Below are positions 25,105-37,700 of a DNA stretch of 64,000 nucleotides, piece after piece (the stretch's first letter is position 1; each line of letters begins with the position of its first letter). Source of the DNA: Mobula hypostoma (Eukaryota); assembly GCF_963921235.1 (NCBI RefSeq), contig NC_086108.1, forward strand, positions 17,360,001 to 17,424,000, in the 5' to 3' direction. The translations under genes and the position numbers were made by a program. The notes under the pieces were generated by a model. That model had not been told where the DNA came from and made no database searches. It saw nothing but the letters and a program-made list of their open reading frames with translations.

Positions 25105-26000
25105 GCACTGATGTTGGCAAGGCTGCAGTTGAAATACTGTGTTCAGTTTTGGTCACCTTACTATAGAAAACATGGCATTAAACTGGAAAAAGTACAGTGG
25201 AGATTTACAAAGTTGTTTCCGGGATTTGAAGTCTGGTTTGTGGAGAGAGGATGAGTAGGCTGGTACTTTTTTCATTGGCATGTAGGAAAATGAAGGGTAA
25301 TTTAAGAGAGAGGTATATTATGAGAGGCATGACAGGGTGAATGCAAACTGTATTTTTCCCTTGGGGAGTCAAGAATGAGAAGACATAGGTTAAGGTGAGA
25401 AGAAGAGATTTAATAGGAGGAACCTGAGGGGCAACTTCTTTATACGGAGGGTGGTCTGTACATGGAAGCAGTTGAGGCAGGTATGTAAATAATATTTAAA
25501 GGTACTTGGACAGGTACATGGATTAGAATGGTTTAAAGAGATTTGGGACAAATGCAGGCAAATGGGACAAGCTTAGATGGGAATCTTGGTCAGCATGAAC
25601 CATTGTCCCTTCCCTCTCTACTGGTCCTACAGCCTAACCTTTAATTCTACCCCCTTCAATATCCCCATCACTCCTACTTCCGTCACCCATCTCACCCAGA
25701 GCAAGGTGTCAGTAACCCCAACAGTGAGACGGCAGTCTATGCTCCAGATTTTTCCTTCCCTCCAGCCATAGTCTGCCAGGATATGGGGCTTCCCCTATTT
25801 GAAATGAATGCTGCCTCTTCAGTGTGGATTTGAAATACTGTGTTCAGTATAGGTCACCTTACTATAGAAAACATGGCATTAAACTGGAAAGAGTACAGTG
25901 GTGATTTACATTGTTTGTGGGATTTGAGGACTGGTATGTGGCGAGAGGGTGAGTAGGCTGGTAATTCTTTCATTGGCATGTAGGAAAATGAAGGGTAATG
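25105..26000 (+). mobile_element. Old CR1 3' fragment (25105-25605) with a local ~170-bp duplicate (25830-26000)
   Basis: LKYCVQFWSPYYRK...LEKVQWRFTK; same degenerate sequence repeated ~700 bp downstream. Confidence 0.75.
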
Positions 26001-26305
26001 TTCCTGTAAAAAGGATGGAAACTGTTGGGAATGTGACTGGGAATCCCAAACCCACTCAACTACCTAAAAGCAGAATGCACTGACATCATCTCATGGATAG
26101 TGGCAGCAGCTATGGTCTGGAGGCAGATCTCACTCCCCTTGCTAGAAACCTCACATTGTCACCCCTTAGTAGTGAAGATTCAACTGGTACCAGGGACAAG
26201 ACTGGACATGGGATGAGATGCAGGAATCAGTCCATGTGGAGTTCTAGAGCCTAGAGTCTGATATTGAGAGACAAAGGATTTTAACTGTGTAACCCTGGGG
26301 TAGAA

Positions 26306-29300
26306 TATAGAAACAGAGAAAACCTACAGCACAATACAGGCCCTTTGGTCCACAAAGCTGTGCCAAACATGCCCTGACCTTAGAAATTACCTAGGGTTAC
26401 CCAGAGCCCTCTATTGTGCTAAGCTCCATGAGCTCCAGGAGTCTCTTAGAAGACCCTATTGTATCTGCCTCCACCACTGTCACCGGCAGCCGATTCCACG
26501 CATTCACCACTCTCTGCGTAAAAAAACTTACCCCTGACATCTCCCCTCTACCTACTTCCAAACACCTTAAAACTGTGCCCTCTTGTGCTAGCCATTTCAG
26601 CCCTGGGAAAAAGACTCCACACGATCAATGACTCTCATCATCTTGTATACCTCTGTCACATCACTTCTCATCCTCTGTCGCTCCAAGGAGAAAAGGCCGA
26701 GTTCACTCAACCTATTCTCATAAGGCATGCTCCCTAATCCAGGCAACATCCTTGTAAATCTCCTCTGCACCCTTTCTATAGTTTCCACATCCTTCCTGTA
26801 GTGAGGTGACCAGAACTGAGCACAGTGCTCCAAGTGGAGTCTGACCAGGGTCCTACACAGCTGTAACATTACCTCTCGGCTCATAAACTCAAACCCACGT
26901 TTGATGAAGCCCAATTCACTGTATGCCTTCTTAACCACAGTGTCAGCCTGTGCAGCAGCTTTGAGTGTCCTATGGACTCGGACCCCTAGATCCCTCTGAT
27001 CCTCCACACTGCCAAGAGTCTTACCATTAATACAATATTCTGCAATCATATTTGACCAACCAAAATGAACCACCTCACACTTATCTGGGTTGAACTCCAT
27101 CTGCTACTTCTCAGACCAGTTTTGCATCCTATCAATGTCCCGCTGTAACCTCTGACAGCCCTCCACACTATCCACAACACCCCCAACCTTTGTGTCATCA
27201 GCCAATTTACGAACCCATCCCGCCACTTCCTCATCTAGGTCATTTATAAAAATCACGAAGACTAGGGGTCCCAGAACAGATCCCTGAGCCACACCACTGG
27301 TGACTGACCTCCATGCAGAATATGACCCATCTACAACCACTCTTTGCCTTCTGTGGGCAAGCCAGTTCTGGATCCACAAAGCAATGTGCCTTTGGATTCC
27401 ATGCCTCCTTACTTTCTCAATAAGCCTTGCATGGGGTACCTTATTCAATGCCTTGCTGAAATCCATAACCATATTCCTAATCATATTATGCCTCTTCAAA
27501 TGTTCATGAATCCTGCCTCTCAGTATCTTCTCCATCAACTTACCAACCATTGAAGTAAGACTAACTGGTCTATAATTTCCTGGGCTATCTGCTCCCTTTC
27601 TTGAATAAGGGTACAACATCCTCAAACCTCCAATCCTCGGGAACCTCTCCCGTCTCCACTGATGATGCAAAGATCATCGCCAGAGGCTCAGCAATCTCCT
27701 CCTTCGCCTCTCACAGTAGCCTGGGGTACATCTTGTCCAGTTCTGGTGACTTAGCCAACTTGATGCTTACTAAAAACAACCTCTTCCTTAATATCTACAT
27801 ACTCAGGGTTTTCAGTCCTCTGTAAGTCATTCCTACAAGTGCCAAGATCCTTTTCCGTAGTAAATACTGAGGCAAAGTATTCATTAAGTACCTCTGCTAT
27901 CTCCTCTGGTTCCGTACACAGTTTTCTACTGTCACTCGTGATTGGTCCTATTCTCTCATGTCTTATCCTCTTGATCTTCACATACTTGTAGAATACCTTG
28001 GGGTTTTCCTTAATCCTGTCCACCAAGGCCTTCTCATGGCCCCTTCTGGCTCTCCTGATTTCATTCTAATGCTCCTTCCTGCTAGCCTTATAATCTTCTA
28101 GATCTCTACCATTGCCTAGTTTTTTTGAACCTTTCATGAGCTCTTCTTTCCTTCTTGACTAGATTTACAACAGCCTTTATACACCACGGTTCCTGCACCT
28201 TACCATCCTTTCCCTGTCTCTTTGGAACGTACCTATGCAGAATACTATGCAAATATCCCCTGAACATTTGCCACATTTCCTCCGTATGCTTCCCTAAGAA
28301 CATCTGTTTCCAATTTATGCTTCCATGTTCCTGCCTGATACCCTCATATTTCCCCTTACTCCAATTAAATGCTTTCCTAATTTGTCTGTTCCTATCCCTA
28401 TCCAATGCTATGGTAAAGGAGATAGAATTATGATCACTATCTCCAAAATACTCTCCCACTGAGAGATCTGTCACCTGACCAGGTTCATTTCTCAATACCA
28501 GATCAAGTACGGCCTCTCCTCTTGTCGGCTTATCTGCATATTGTGTCAGGAAACCTTCCTGAACACACCTAACAAACTCCACCCCATCTAAACCTCTCGC
28601 TCTAGGGAGATGCCAATCAATATTTGGGAAATTAAAATCTCCCACCACAACAACCCTGTTGTTATTAGGTGAGGTGGTCCACTTTGGAAGGACAAACTCC
28701 GATGCAGAGTACAAAGTAAATGGCAGGATACCTGGAAGTGTGAAGGAGCAGAGGGATCTCGGGGTACATGTCCACAGATCCCTGAAAGTTGCCTCACAGG
28801 TGGATAGGGTAGTTAAGAAAGCTTATGGGGTGTTAGCTTTCATAAGTCGAGGGATAGAGTTTAAGATAGAGTGTAATGACGCAGCTCTATGAAACTCTGG
28901 TTAGGCCACACTTGGAGTACTGTGTCCAGTTCTGGTCACCTCGCTACAGGAAGGATGTGGAAGCATTGGAAAGGGTACAGAGGAGATTTACCAGGATGCT
29001 GCCTGGTTTAGAAAGTATGCATTATGATCAGAGATTAAGGGAGCTAGGGCTTTACTCTTTGGAGAGAAGGAGGATGAGAGGAGACATGATAGAGGTGTAC
29101 AAGATAATAAGAGGAATAGATAGAGTGGATAGCCAGCGCCTCTTCCCCAGGGCACCACTGCTCAATACAAGAGGACATGGCTTTAAAGTAAGGGGTGGGA
29201 TGTTCAAGGGGGATATTAGAGGAAGGTTTTTTACTCAGAGAGTGGTTGGTGCGTGGAATGCATTGCCTGAGTCAGTGGTGGAGGCAGATACACAAGTGAA

Positions 29301-29592
29301 GTTTAAGGGACTACTAGACAGGTATATGGAGGAATTTAAGGTGGGGGCTTATATGGGAGGCAGGGTTTGAGGGTCGGCACAACATTCTGGGCCGAAGGGC
29401 CTGTACTGTGCTGTACTATTCTATGTTCTATGTCATTACACCTTTCCAGAATCTGTCTCCCTATCTGCTCCTCGATGTCCCTGTTACTATTGGGTGGTCT
29501 ATAAAAAACATCCAGTAGAATTATTGACCTCTTCCTGTTCCTAACTTCCACCCACAGAGACTCCGTAGACAATCCCTCCATGTCTTCCTCCT
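26306..29592 (-). mobile_element. CR1 LINE ORF2 (degenerate), interrupted by an opposite-strand CR1
   Basis: ORFs 29336-29581, 28106-28714, 27751-28026, 27104-27670 and 26597-27100 carry CR1 EN/RT motifs. Confidence 0.93.
28668..29433 (+). mobile_element. 5'-truncated CR1 nested in the previous copy
   Basis: ORF 28876-29370 (LVRPHLEYCVQFWSP...FFTQRVVGAWNALP); (TTCTATG)n tail; host sequence resumes at ATTACACCTTTCC. Confidence 0.92.
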
Positions 29593-29609
29593 GGTAGAAT
29601 ATGGTAGAG

Positions 29610-30745
29610 ACAGGTCAATGATAACACAGAGGAACAGCACTGTAGGGACAGATCACTAATTACTGCTCATGACAGGATTGTCACTGTAAAATAGTGGGCT
29701 ACAGTACTGGAGGAGAAGGGCCTGTCACTGTATAACAGTGTGGTACAATACCAGAGGGGACGAGTCTATCACTATATTACAGTACTGGATGGATTGGGTC
29801 AGTCACTGTATAACAGTGGGGTAGAATACTGGTTCAGATGGGCCCGTTACTGTATAACAGCGTGGTACAATGTTGGGTGGGGGGGGGGTTGGGTATTGGG
29901 TACTGTATAACAGTGCTGTAGAGTACTGGTTGGGATGGGTCTGTCACTGTGCATTAGTGCGGTACAGTACTATTCAGGATGGGTCAGTCACTGTATAACA
30001 GTGTGGTTCCTGAGGTTGTTAAAGCCGGGGTGGTAGTGGGGTTAAGTTCCCACTACCTATAAAGTGCTCCAAATAGCGTGCGACTTTAACAGCTTCTGAC
30101 AACCAAGTCCAACTCTTGGCCTTCACGCGTGGCTTAGCTACTAGGCTCGCAGGAACTGTCTCTACTGACAAGAGAAGCGGCAAAGGCTGACCACTGGCGC
30201 CTCAAAACCAGTCGCTCGTCAGCCTTGGACGGCAGCCCGCCTAGGAGAAGGAAAACTCTGATTTTAAACCTCCGCTGCCTTGTGGCCGTACCCAAATCAT
30301 GGGAAAAGCTTCGGGAGTAAACCCCGAGGAAGAAATCCCGAGCCGGGGTCCCTCAGGCAGTTTGATGTTGTCTACAACTTCACTCTGGCAACCTCTGCGA
30401 CGACACTGGTGCCAAGCTGTATTGGCGCTTGCCCTTCCCTTGGACTACATCAGTAATGTGGAGAGGGGGAACCCGCTGCATGGGCAACAGTCGGTTCTTC
30501 AAATCTTCCCGCCCAAAAGAGGTGACAGTCCACCAAAGGCACAAACCTATGATCCCCTGGGATCGACAGCTGCCTACAGTTACATTTACTGTACAGTACA
30601 ACAGTGTGGTACTGTACCGGAGGGGATGGTTCGGTCACTGGTCGGGATATGTCAGTCATTGTATAACAATGCGGTACAGTACCGGCGGGTACGGGTCAAT
30701 CACTGTATAACGGTAAGGTACAGTGCTGGTCAGGAGGGTCTAGAG
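29610..30745. repeat. ~43-bp tandem repeat (~GTCACTGTATAACAGTGTGGTACAGTACTGGAGGGGATGGGTCA), interrupted at ~30010-30577
   Basis: About nine units before and about four after the insertion, each with CACTGTATAACAGTG. Confidence 0.85.
30010..30577 (+). mobile_element. Non-autonomous retroelement with an RTE-like 5' region and strong hairpins
   Basis: Interrupts the 43-bp array; contains CTAGGAGAAGGAAAACTCTGATTTTAAACC (RTE 5'UTR-like, recalled not searched); hairpin GGTAGTGGG...CCCACTACC. Confidence 0.6.
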
Positions 30746-30749
30746 CAAG

Positions 30750-31130
30750 TTTATCGCGGCAGTTCGCTCTCCGTCAGTGAGCTTGACATGCAAAGTTCCC
30801 CGACGATGGACTAAACTCCTCCTCCCTCGCACCCGTTGCCCAATCCCCGGCCGCGCCCGGCCTTGACGCCAGCTTTCCGCAGCTGACGGCTTTTATTTTC
30901 CTAGACCTTTGCCGATTGGTTGGTTTGGGTAGGTTGACGCGCACCCGGAGGGACGAGCGTGAAATGGCGGGTTTAGGCCGGGCTGTGAGCCTTCTATACG
31001 GAGCCGGGCAGCAGGTGAGCGTTAGGGGAAGGTCGGGCGGGAGGACGTGGCTCCTGTTCTGTCCTGCCATGCCGGGTCCCCATCTTTAACCCCACACACG
31101 TCCGCCGCCGCCACCGCTACTTGCTCTCTG
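30750..31130 (+). promoter_or_regulatory. CpG-rich promoter/first-exon region of MRPS14
   Basis: Local CpG enrichment in non-repetitive DNA; CCAAT 30840-30844; inverted CCAAT (ATTGG) 30915-30919; YY1-like AAATGGCGG 30962-30970 overlapping the ATG. Confidence 0.75.
30964..31014 (+). CDS. MRPS14: Mitochondrial ribosomal protein S14, exon 1 (MAGLGRAVSLLYGAGQQ, targeting peptide)
   Basis: Kozak-like GAAATGG; donor CAG|GTGAGC; phase 0 joins exon 2 in frame. Confidence 0.85.
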
Positions 31131-31576
31131 GACCCTCTACTTTTCCTTCCCTCCTTTTGACCTCCAAGCCTGGGCCTATCGTTCCCTCCGTCTCCCCGGG
31201 TCTATCACGACCCTCACTTGCTTCCCTTCCACATACCCACCTCACCATTCCTTCTCCCCTCCTTCCTGCTCAAGTCTTGTCCTCCTCTCACCCTCTTCTG
31301 AAGTTTGCTGGCTGTGGAACTACTTGGTCTTTTTTCGTCGGTAATATTGATCATCCACCCTCACTTAATTCTTGCCCCACTGACCTGTACTTGTTCACTT
31401 TCCAAGTGCATAAAGAAGTTGAGAATTACTTGTTTCTTTGAAGTTTGTATACGGTCTTGTTGGTGAAGTCTTGTAGCTCTGAAGTAGTTGAGGAGTTAAA
31501 GCTCATTTTCCTGTTGTTCTGGCACCTATTTTGGAATAATTTTCCGTTTCAAATGCTTGTGTTTCTATCTTTGTAG

Positions 31577-31744
31577 CTCTTGTCATTAATTCCTAGAGGA
31601 AACATGGGATTGGTTCGTAATTACTATGTAGATTGGCGAATGTTAAGGGACGTGAAAAGGAGAAAGCTGGCTTTTGAGTATGCAGATGAGAGGCGGCGAC
31701 TCAATGCAATACGAAAGAACACCATTTTACCAAAGGAACTGCAG
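31577..31744 (+). CDS. MRPS14: MRPS14 exon 2 ([56 protein letters not shown])
   Basis: Acceptor TTTCTATCTTTGTAG|, donor CAG|GTATGA; YVDWRM.RDVKRRK...YADER...RKNTILP is the uS14m signature. Confidence 0.95.
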
Positions 31745-31859
31745 GTATGATCAAACATCGTTCTGCCTCAGTGCACTGTATGATGATTTGATCTGTATGG
31801 ACTGTTTACAAGACAGGCTTTTCATTGTATCTTGAGAATTGAAGATTCAAGATTGTGTA

Positions 31860-34800
31860 ATGTTCTGGAATCTGTCAAATAGCTAATATTCTTCAATTAT
31901 TCAAGAAGGGAACCAGAGGATAATCCTGGAAACTATAGACCGGTGAGTCTCACTTCAGTGGTAGGAAAGTTACTGTAGAGAATAGATGGGGATTGGATTT
32001 ATGAGCATTTGGGCTAATTAGGGAGAGCCAGCATGGCTTTGTGCAAGACAAGTGATGTAGTAACTTGATTGAGTTTTTTTGACAGTGATGAGGTGATTGG
32101 TGAAAATAGAGTTATGGCTGTTGTCTACCTGGATTTTGGTAAGGCATTTGACAAGTTCACTCTTGGGAGGCTTGTCCAGAAGATTAAGGTAGAAACAGAA
32201 AACCTACATCACAATACAGGCCCTTCAGTCCACAATGCTGTGCTGAACATGTACTTACTTTAGGAATTACTTGGGGTTACACATAGCCCTCTATTTTTCT
32301 AAGCTCCATGTACTTATCCAGGAGTCTCTTAAAAGACTGCCCTCCACCAAAGTTGCTGGCAGCCCATTCCACACGCTCATCACTCTCTGAGCAAAAAAAA
32401 CTTACCCCTGACATCCCCTCTGTACCTACTTCCAATCACCTTAAAACTGCTCTCCCGTGTTAGCCATTTCAGCCCTGGGAAAAAGACACTGACTATCCAC
32501 ACGATCAATGCCTCTTGTCATCTTATATACATCTATCAGGTCACCTCTCATCCTCCGTCGCTTTAAGGAGAAAAGGCCGAGTTCACTCAACCTATTCTTG
32601 TAAGGCATGCTCCCCAATCCAGCCAACATCCTTGTAGATCTCCTCTGCACCCTTCTATAGTTTCCACATCCTTCCTGTAGTGAGGTGACCAGAACTGAGC
32701 ACAGTACTCCCAAGTGGGGTCTGACCAGGGTCCTATATGTCTATAACATTACCTCTCAGCTCTTGAACTCAATCCCATGGTTGATGAGGGTAAATGCATC
32801 GTATGCCTTCTTAACCTCACAGTCAACCTGCGCAGCAACTTTGAGTGTCCTGTGGACACAGACGCCAAGATCCCTCTGATCCTCTACACTGCCAAGTGTC
32901 TTACCACTAATACTATATTTTGCCATCATATTTGACCCACCAAAATGAACCACCTCACACTTAACTGGGTTGAACTCCATCTACAACTTCTCAGCACAGT
33001 TGTGCATCTTATCGATGTCCCGTTGTAACCTCTGACAGCCCTCCACTATCCACAACACCCCTCAACCTTTGTGTCATCAGCAAATTTACTAACCCATCCC
33101 TCCACTTCCTCATCCAGGTCATTTATAAAAATCACGAAGAGAAGGAGTCTCACAAGAGATCCCTGAGGCATAGCACTGATCACCAACATCCATGAAGAAC
33201 ATGACCCGTCTACAACCACTCTGGGCAAGTCAATTCTGGATCCACAAAGAAAGGTCCACTTGCATCACATGCTTCCTTATTTCTCAATGAGCCTTGTATG
33301 GGGTACCTTATCAAATGCCTTGCTGAAATCCATATACACTACATCTACTGCTCTATATTCATCAATGAGTTTTGTCATATCCTCAAAAAATTCAATCAGG
33401 CTCGTAAGGCATGACATGCCTTTGACAAAGCCATGCTGACTATTCCTAATCATATTATGCCTCTTCATAAATGAGTTCATAAATCCTGCCTCTCAGGATC
33501 TTCTCCATCAACCTACCAACCACTGAAGTAATAGTCACTGGTCTATAATTTCCTGGACGATCTCTACTCCCCTTCTTTAATAAGAGAACAGCATCTGCAA
33601 CCCTCCAATCCTCAGAACCTCTCCCTTCCCCATTGATGCAAAGATCATTGCTAGAGGCTCAGCAATCTCCTCCCTCACCTCCCACGTTAGCCCGGGGTAT
33701 ATCTCGTCTGGTCCCGGTGACTTATCCAACTTAATGCTTTCCAACAGGTCCAGCACATTCTCTTTATTAATGTCTATATGCTCAAGCTTGTCAGCCCGCT
33801 GTAAGTCATCCCTACAATTGCCAAGGTCCTTTTCCGTAGTGAATACTGAAGCAAAGTATTCATTAAATTCCTCTGCTATCTCCTCCGGTTCTATACACAC
33901 TTTTCCACTGTCACACCTGATTGGTCCTGTTCTCTCACGTCTTATCCTCTTGATCTTCTCATATTTGTAGAATGTCCTGAGGTTTTCCTTAATCCTGCTC
34001 ACCAAGGCCTTGTAGCATTTTCTGGCTGTCCTAATTTCATTCTTAAGGTCCTTCCTGCTAGCCTTAAGTTTTCTGGATCTCTATCATTACCTAGTTTTTT
34101 GAATCTTTCGTAAGCTTTTCTTTTCTTGACTAGATTTTCAACAGCCTTTGTACACCATGGTTCCTGTAGCCCTACCACCTTTCCCTGTCTCATTGGAACG
34201 TACCTATGCAGAACATCACACGAATATCCCATGAACATTTGCCACATTTCTGCTGTACATTTCCCTGAGAACATCTGTTCCTAGTTTATGCTTCCAAGTT
34301 CTTGCCTGATAGCTTCATATTTCCCCTTACTCCAATAAAATGCTTTCCTAACTTGACTGTCCCTATCCCTCTCCAATGCTATGGTAAAGGAGATAGAATT
34401 GTGATCAGTATCTTCAAATTGCTCTCCCACTGAGAGACTTGCCACCTAACCAGGTTCATTTCCCAATACCAGATCAAGTACATCCTCTCCTCTTGTAGGC
34501 TTATCTACATATTGTGTCAGGAAATCTTCCTGAGCGTACCTAACAAACTTCACCCCATCTAAACCCCTTGATCTAGGAAGATGCCAATCAATATTTGGGA
34601 AATTAAAATCTCCCACCACGATAACCCGGTTATTATTGCATCTTTTCAGAATCTGTCTCCCTATCTGGTCCTCGATGTCCCTGTTACTATTGGGTGGTCT
34701 ATAAAAATCACCCAGTAGAGTTATTGACCCATTGCTGTTCCTAACTTTCACCCACAGAACTCAGTAGACAATCCCTGCATGACTTCCTAGTTTTCTTCAG

Positions 34801-36335
34801 TAGTGACACTATCTCTGATCAGCAGTGCCATGCCCACCTCTTTTGCCTCTCTCCCTGTCCTTTCTGAAACATCTAAAGCCTGGCACTCTAGGTAGCCATC
34901 CCTGCCCCTGAGCCATCCAAGTCTCTGTAATGGCCACAACATCATAGCTCCAAGTACTGATCCATGCTCCAAGCTCATCCGCTTTGTTCATGATGCTTCT
35001 TGGATTAAAATAGACACATCTCAAACCATCAGTCTGAGCGTATCCCTTCTCTATCACCTGCCTATCCTCCCTCTGATACTGTCTACGAGCTTGCTTGATT
35101 TTGAGCCAACTGCCCCTTCCTCCGTCTCCAGTTTGGTTCCCAACCCCCAGCGATTCTAGTTTAAACTCTCCCTAATAGCCTTAGCAAACCTCCCTGCCAG
35201 GATACTGATCCCCCTCATATTCAAGTACAACCTGTCCTTTTTGTACACTTCACTCCTGCACCAAAAGAGTTCCCAATGATCCAGAAATCTGAATCCCTGC
35301 CTCTTGCTCCAATCCCAAAGCCATGCATTTATCCTCCACCTCACTCTATTCCTATACTCACTGTCGTGTGGCACAGGCAATAATCCTGAGATGACTACCT
35401 TTGAGGTCCCGCTTCTCAACTTCCTTCCTGTAGTCTGTTTTCAGGACTTCCTTCCTTTACCTACCTATGTCGTTGGTAGCAATATGTACCACAATCTCTG
35501 GCTGTTCGCCTTCCCACTTCAGGATATCGTAACGTGATCAGAAATATCCCGGACTCTGGCACCTGGGAGGCAAACTACCATCCGTGTTTCTTTCCTGCGT
35601 CCACAAAATTGCCTGTCTGACCCCCTAATTTATTACCCTTATTACCGCTACCCTCCTCTTCTTTTTCCTACCCTTTTGAGCCACAGGGCCAGACTCTGTG
35701 CCAGAGGTGCAGCCGCTGTTGCTTCCCCCAGGTAGGTTGTCCCCCAACAGTACTCAAACAGGAGTACTTATTGTAAAGGGGGACAGCCACAGGGGTACTC
35801 TCTAGTATCTGACTCTTGCCCTTTCTTCTCCTGACTGTTACCCACTTATCTGTCTCCTGAGGCCCCAGAGTGACTACTTGCCTATAGCTCCTCTCTATCA
35901 TCTCTTCACTTTCCCTGACCAGATGAAGGTCATCGAGCTGCATCTTCAGTTCCCTAACCCAGTACCTAAGAAGCTGTAGCTCAATGCATCCAGCGCAGAT
36001 GTGGCCGTCCAGGTGGCTGGGAGTCTCTCAGACATCCCACATCTGACACCCAGTACAGAACACTGGCCTCACAGACATACTACCTATTCTTATTCTTCAC
36101 AAGTAACTTACCTCACCGAAGCCCTGTTGAGCCAAAGCCCTCCTATGCTGACTCCCTCTGCTCCATTGCCCACTCCTCCAAAGCCGCTCTAAGCTGTCTT
36201 CCTTTTAAATTCTTCCCGCCAGTCTAACTGGCTGGCGTCCTTGCGCTTACGCAGTCATGCCTCGATCCATGGGATGCATGGGATCAATGGTGAATTAGCT
36301 GTTTGGATTGAGAACTAGTTTGCCCGTTGAGAACA
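31860..36335 (+). mobile_element. Old CR1 RT fragment (31860-32189 + 36268-36335) split by a full-length CR1
   Basis: NYRPVSLTSVVGK; VVYLDFGKAFDK...LVQKIK; resumes as HGINGELAVWIEN after 36268. Confidence 0.75.
32190..36267 (-). mobile_element. Full-length degenerate CR1 LINE (5'UTR, ORF1, ORF2, tail), antisense in MRPS14 intron 2
   Basis: ORF1 pieces 35668-35943 and 35156-35419 (VVISGLLPVP); EN 34809-35057 and 34446-34751; RT 33277-33480, 33046-33228, 32756-32980. Confidence 0.93.
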
Positions 36336-37700
36336 GATTATTTCAATAGGTACATTTAATGTCAGAGAAATGTATACAATATACCTCCTAAAATTCTTTT
36401 TCTTCGTAAACATCCATGAAAACAAAGGAGTGCCCCAACGAATGAATGACAGTTAAAATGTTAGAACCCCACCAAAGACCCCCCCACCAGCTTCCCCCTC
36501 CCACACACAAGCAGCAGTAAGGCAACGATCAACACCACCCCCCACCAGCAAAAAAGCATCAGCACCCTCCACCGAGCACTCAAGCATGCAGCGAATCATC
36601 AATAAAGACAGACTTGCAGTACACAAAAAACTGTTCGTTCACCCGGTCATTCGACATACCACAGGCTCACTTGTTCCCTAATAAGGGAAAAAGTGGTGTT
36701 CCCGTTTCACAGCTAGAGGGGAGATGTAACAGACAACTCGCTGATTTACAATGTTAAAAGCCTGTTGTGTCGATTTTTCCGAGCTCTGCGCCCAGAGAGT
36801 CGGCACCAAAAAGGCGCAGCTCCGTGGACACACAACCCCCTCACTATTCCCAATGTTCTGTGGTCTCCAGCGACGCTTCAGTCAGGGGCACCGGCCTAGA
36901 ATCAGCATATCCCCAGAGCCATGAAAATCTGGAACCTTGAAAATGCACATGCCTTCCAGGCTGCGTCCTTGGGATATCAAAAAAAGGTGGATACAACAGG
37001 GTCTTTTAAGAGACTCCTGGATAGGTAAATGGAGCTTAGAATAATAGAAAACTATGGGTAACCCTATGTAATTTATAAAGTAAGTACATGTTTGGCACAG
37101 CATTGTGGACCGAAGGGGGCCAGTATTGTGCTGTAGGTTTTCTATGTTTCTATGTCTAAGCAATAGAAGCAAGCAACAACAACAGCATTCCGATCCAAAT
37201 CCCCGGAGCAGGCCCAAAGCCTCAGGGATTTATCAGTGGGCAAATTGCTGCAGAGAAAGGAGCCCCCAGTTTATCTGGGCTGGTGTTTAAATTATTTGAA
37301 CCTCACACTAGGACCTGCCCCCGCACTCTCCCCCCCCCCCAGTGAATTGCTCCGGGCCTAGATTTTGCTGCTGGAGAAGCCAGTCTCGACCTCTCCAAAT
37401 TTTAAGAGACATTTAGATAGGCATGTGAACATGAGGAAAAAGGAATGATATGGATATTGTGTAGGGATATTGGATTAGTTTAGTTTGCCATTTAATTATT
37501 AGTTTATTTGGTTGGGCACAACATTGTAGGCCGAAGGGCCTATTCCTGTGCTGTTCTGTTCTATGTTCTATGTCCTATGTCATTTCCAGTACACGAATGT
37601 AAAAGAGAATGAAATCATTGTTACTCAGGATTTGATTCAGCCCTAAGACAACACTATAAGATAAAGAACACAATAAAAAAGCCACAATATATATAAATGC
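36336..37700. mobile_element. Cluster of a non-coding retroelement (minus, ~36336-36985) and short CR1 3' tails (~36987-37155, ~37400-37575)
   Basis: CR1 tails ending TTTCTATGTTTCTATG / TTCTATGTTCTATG; intervening non-coding repeat-like sequence is unclassified. Confidence 0.55.

Noticed and set aside
30299..30814. 171-aa ORF upstream of MRPS14
   Set aside because: Spans a retroelement and a tandem repeat; no recognisable domain
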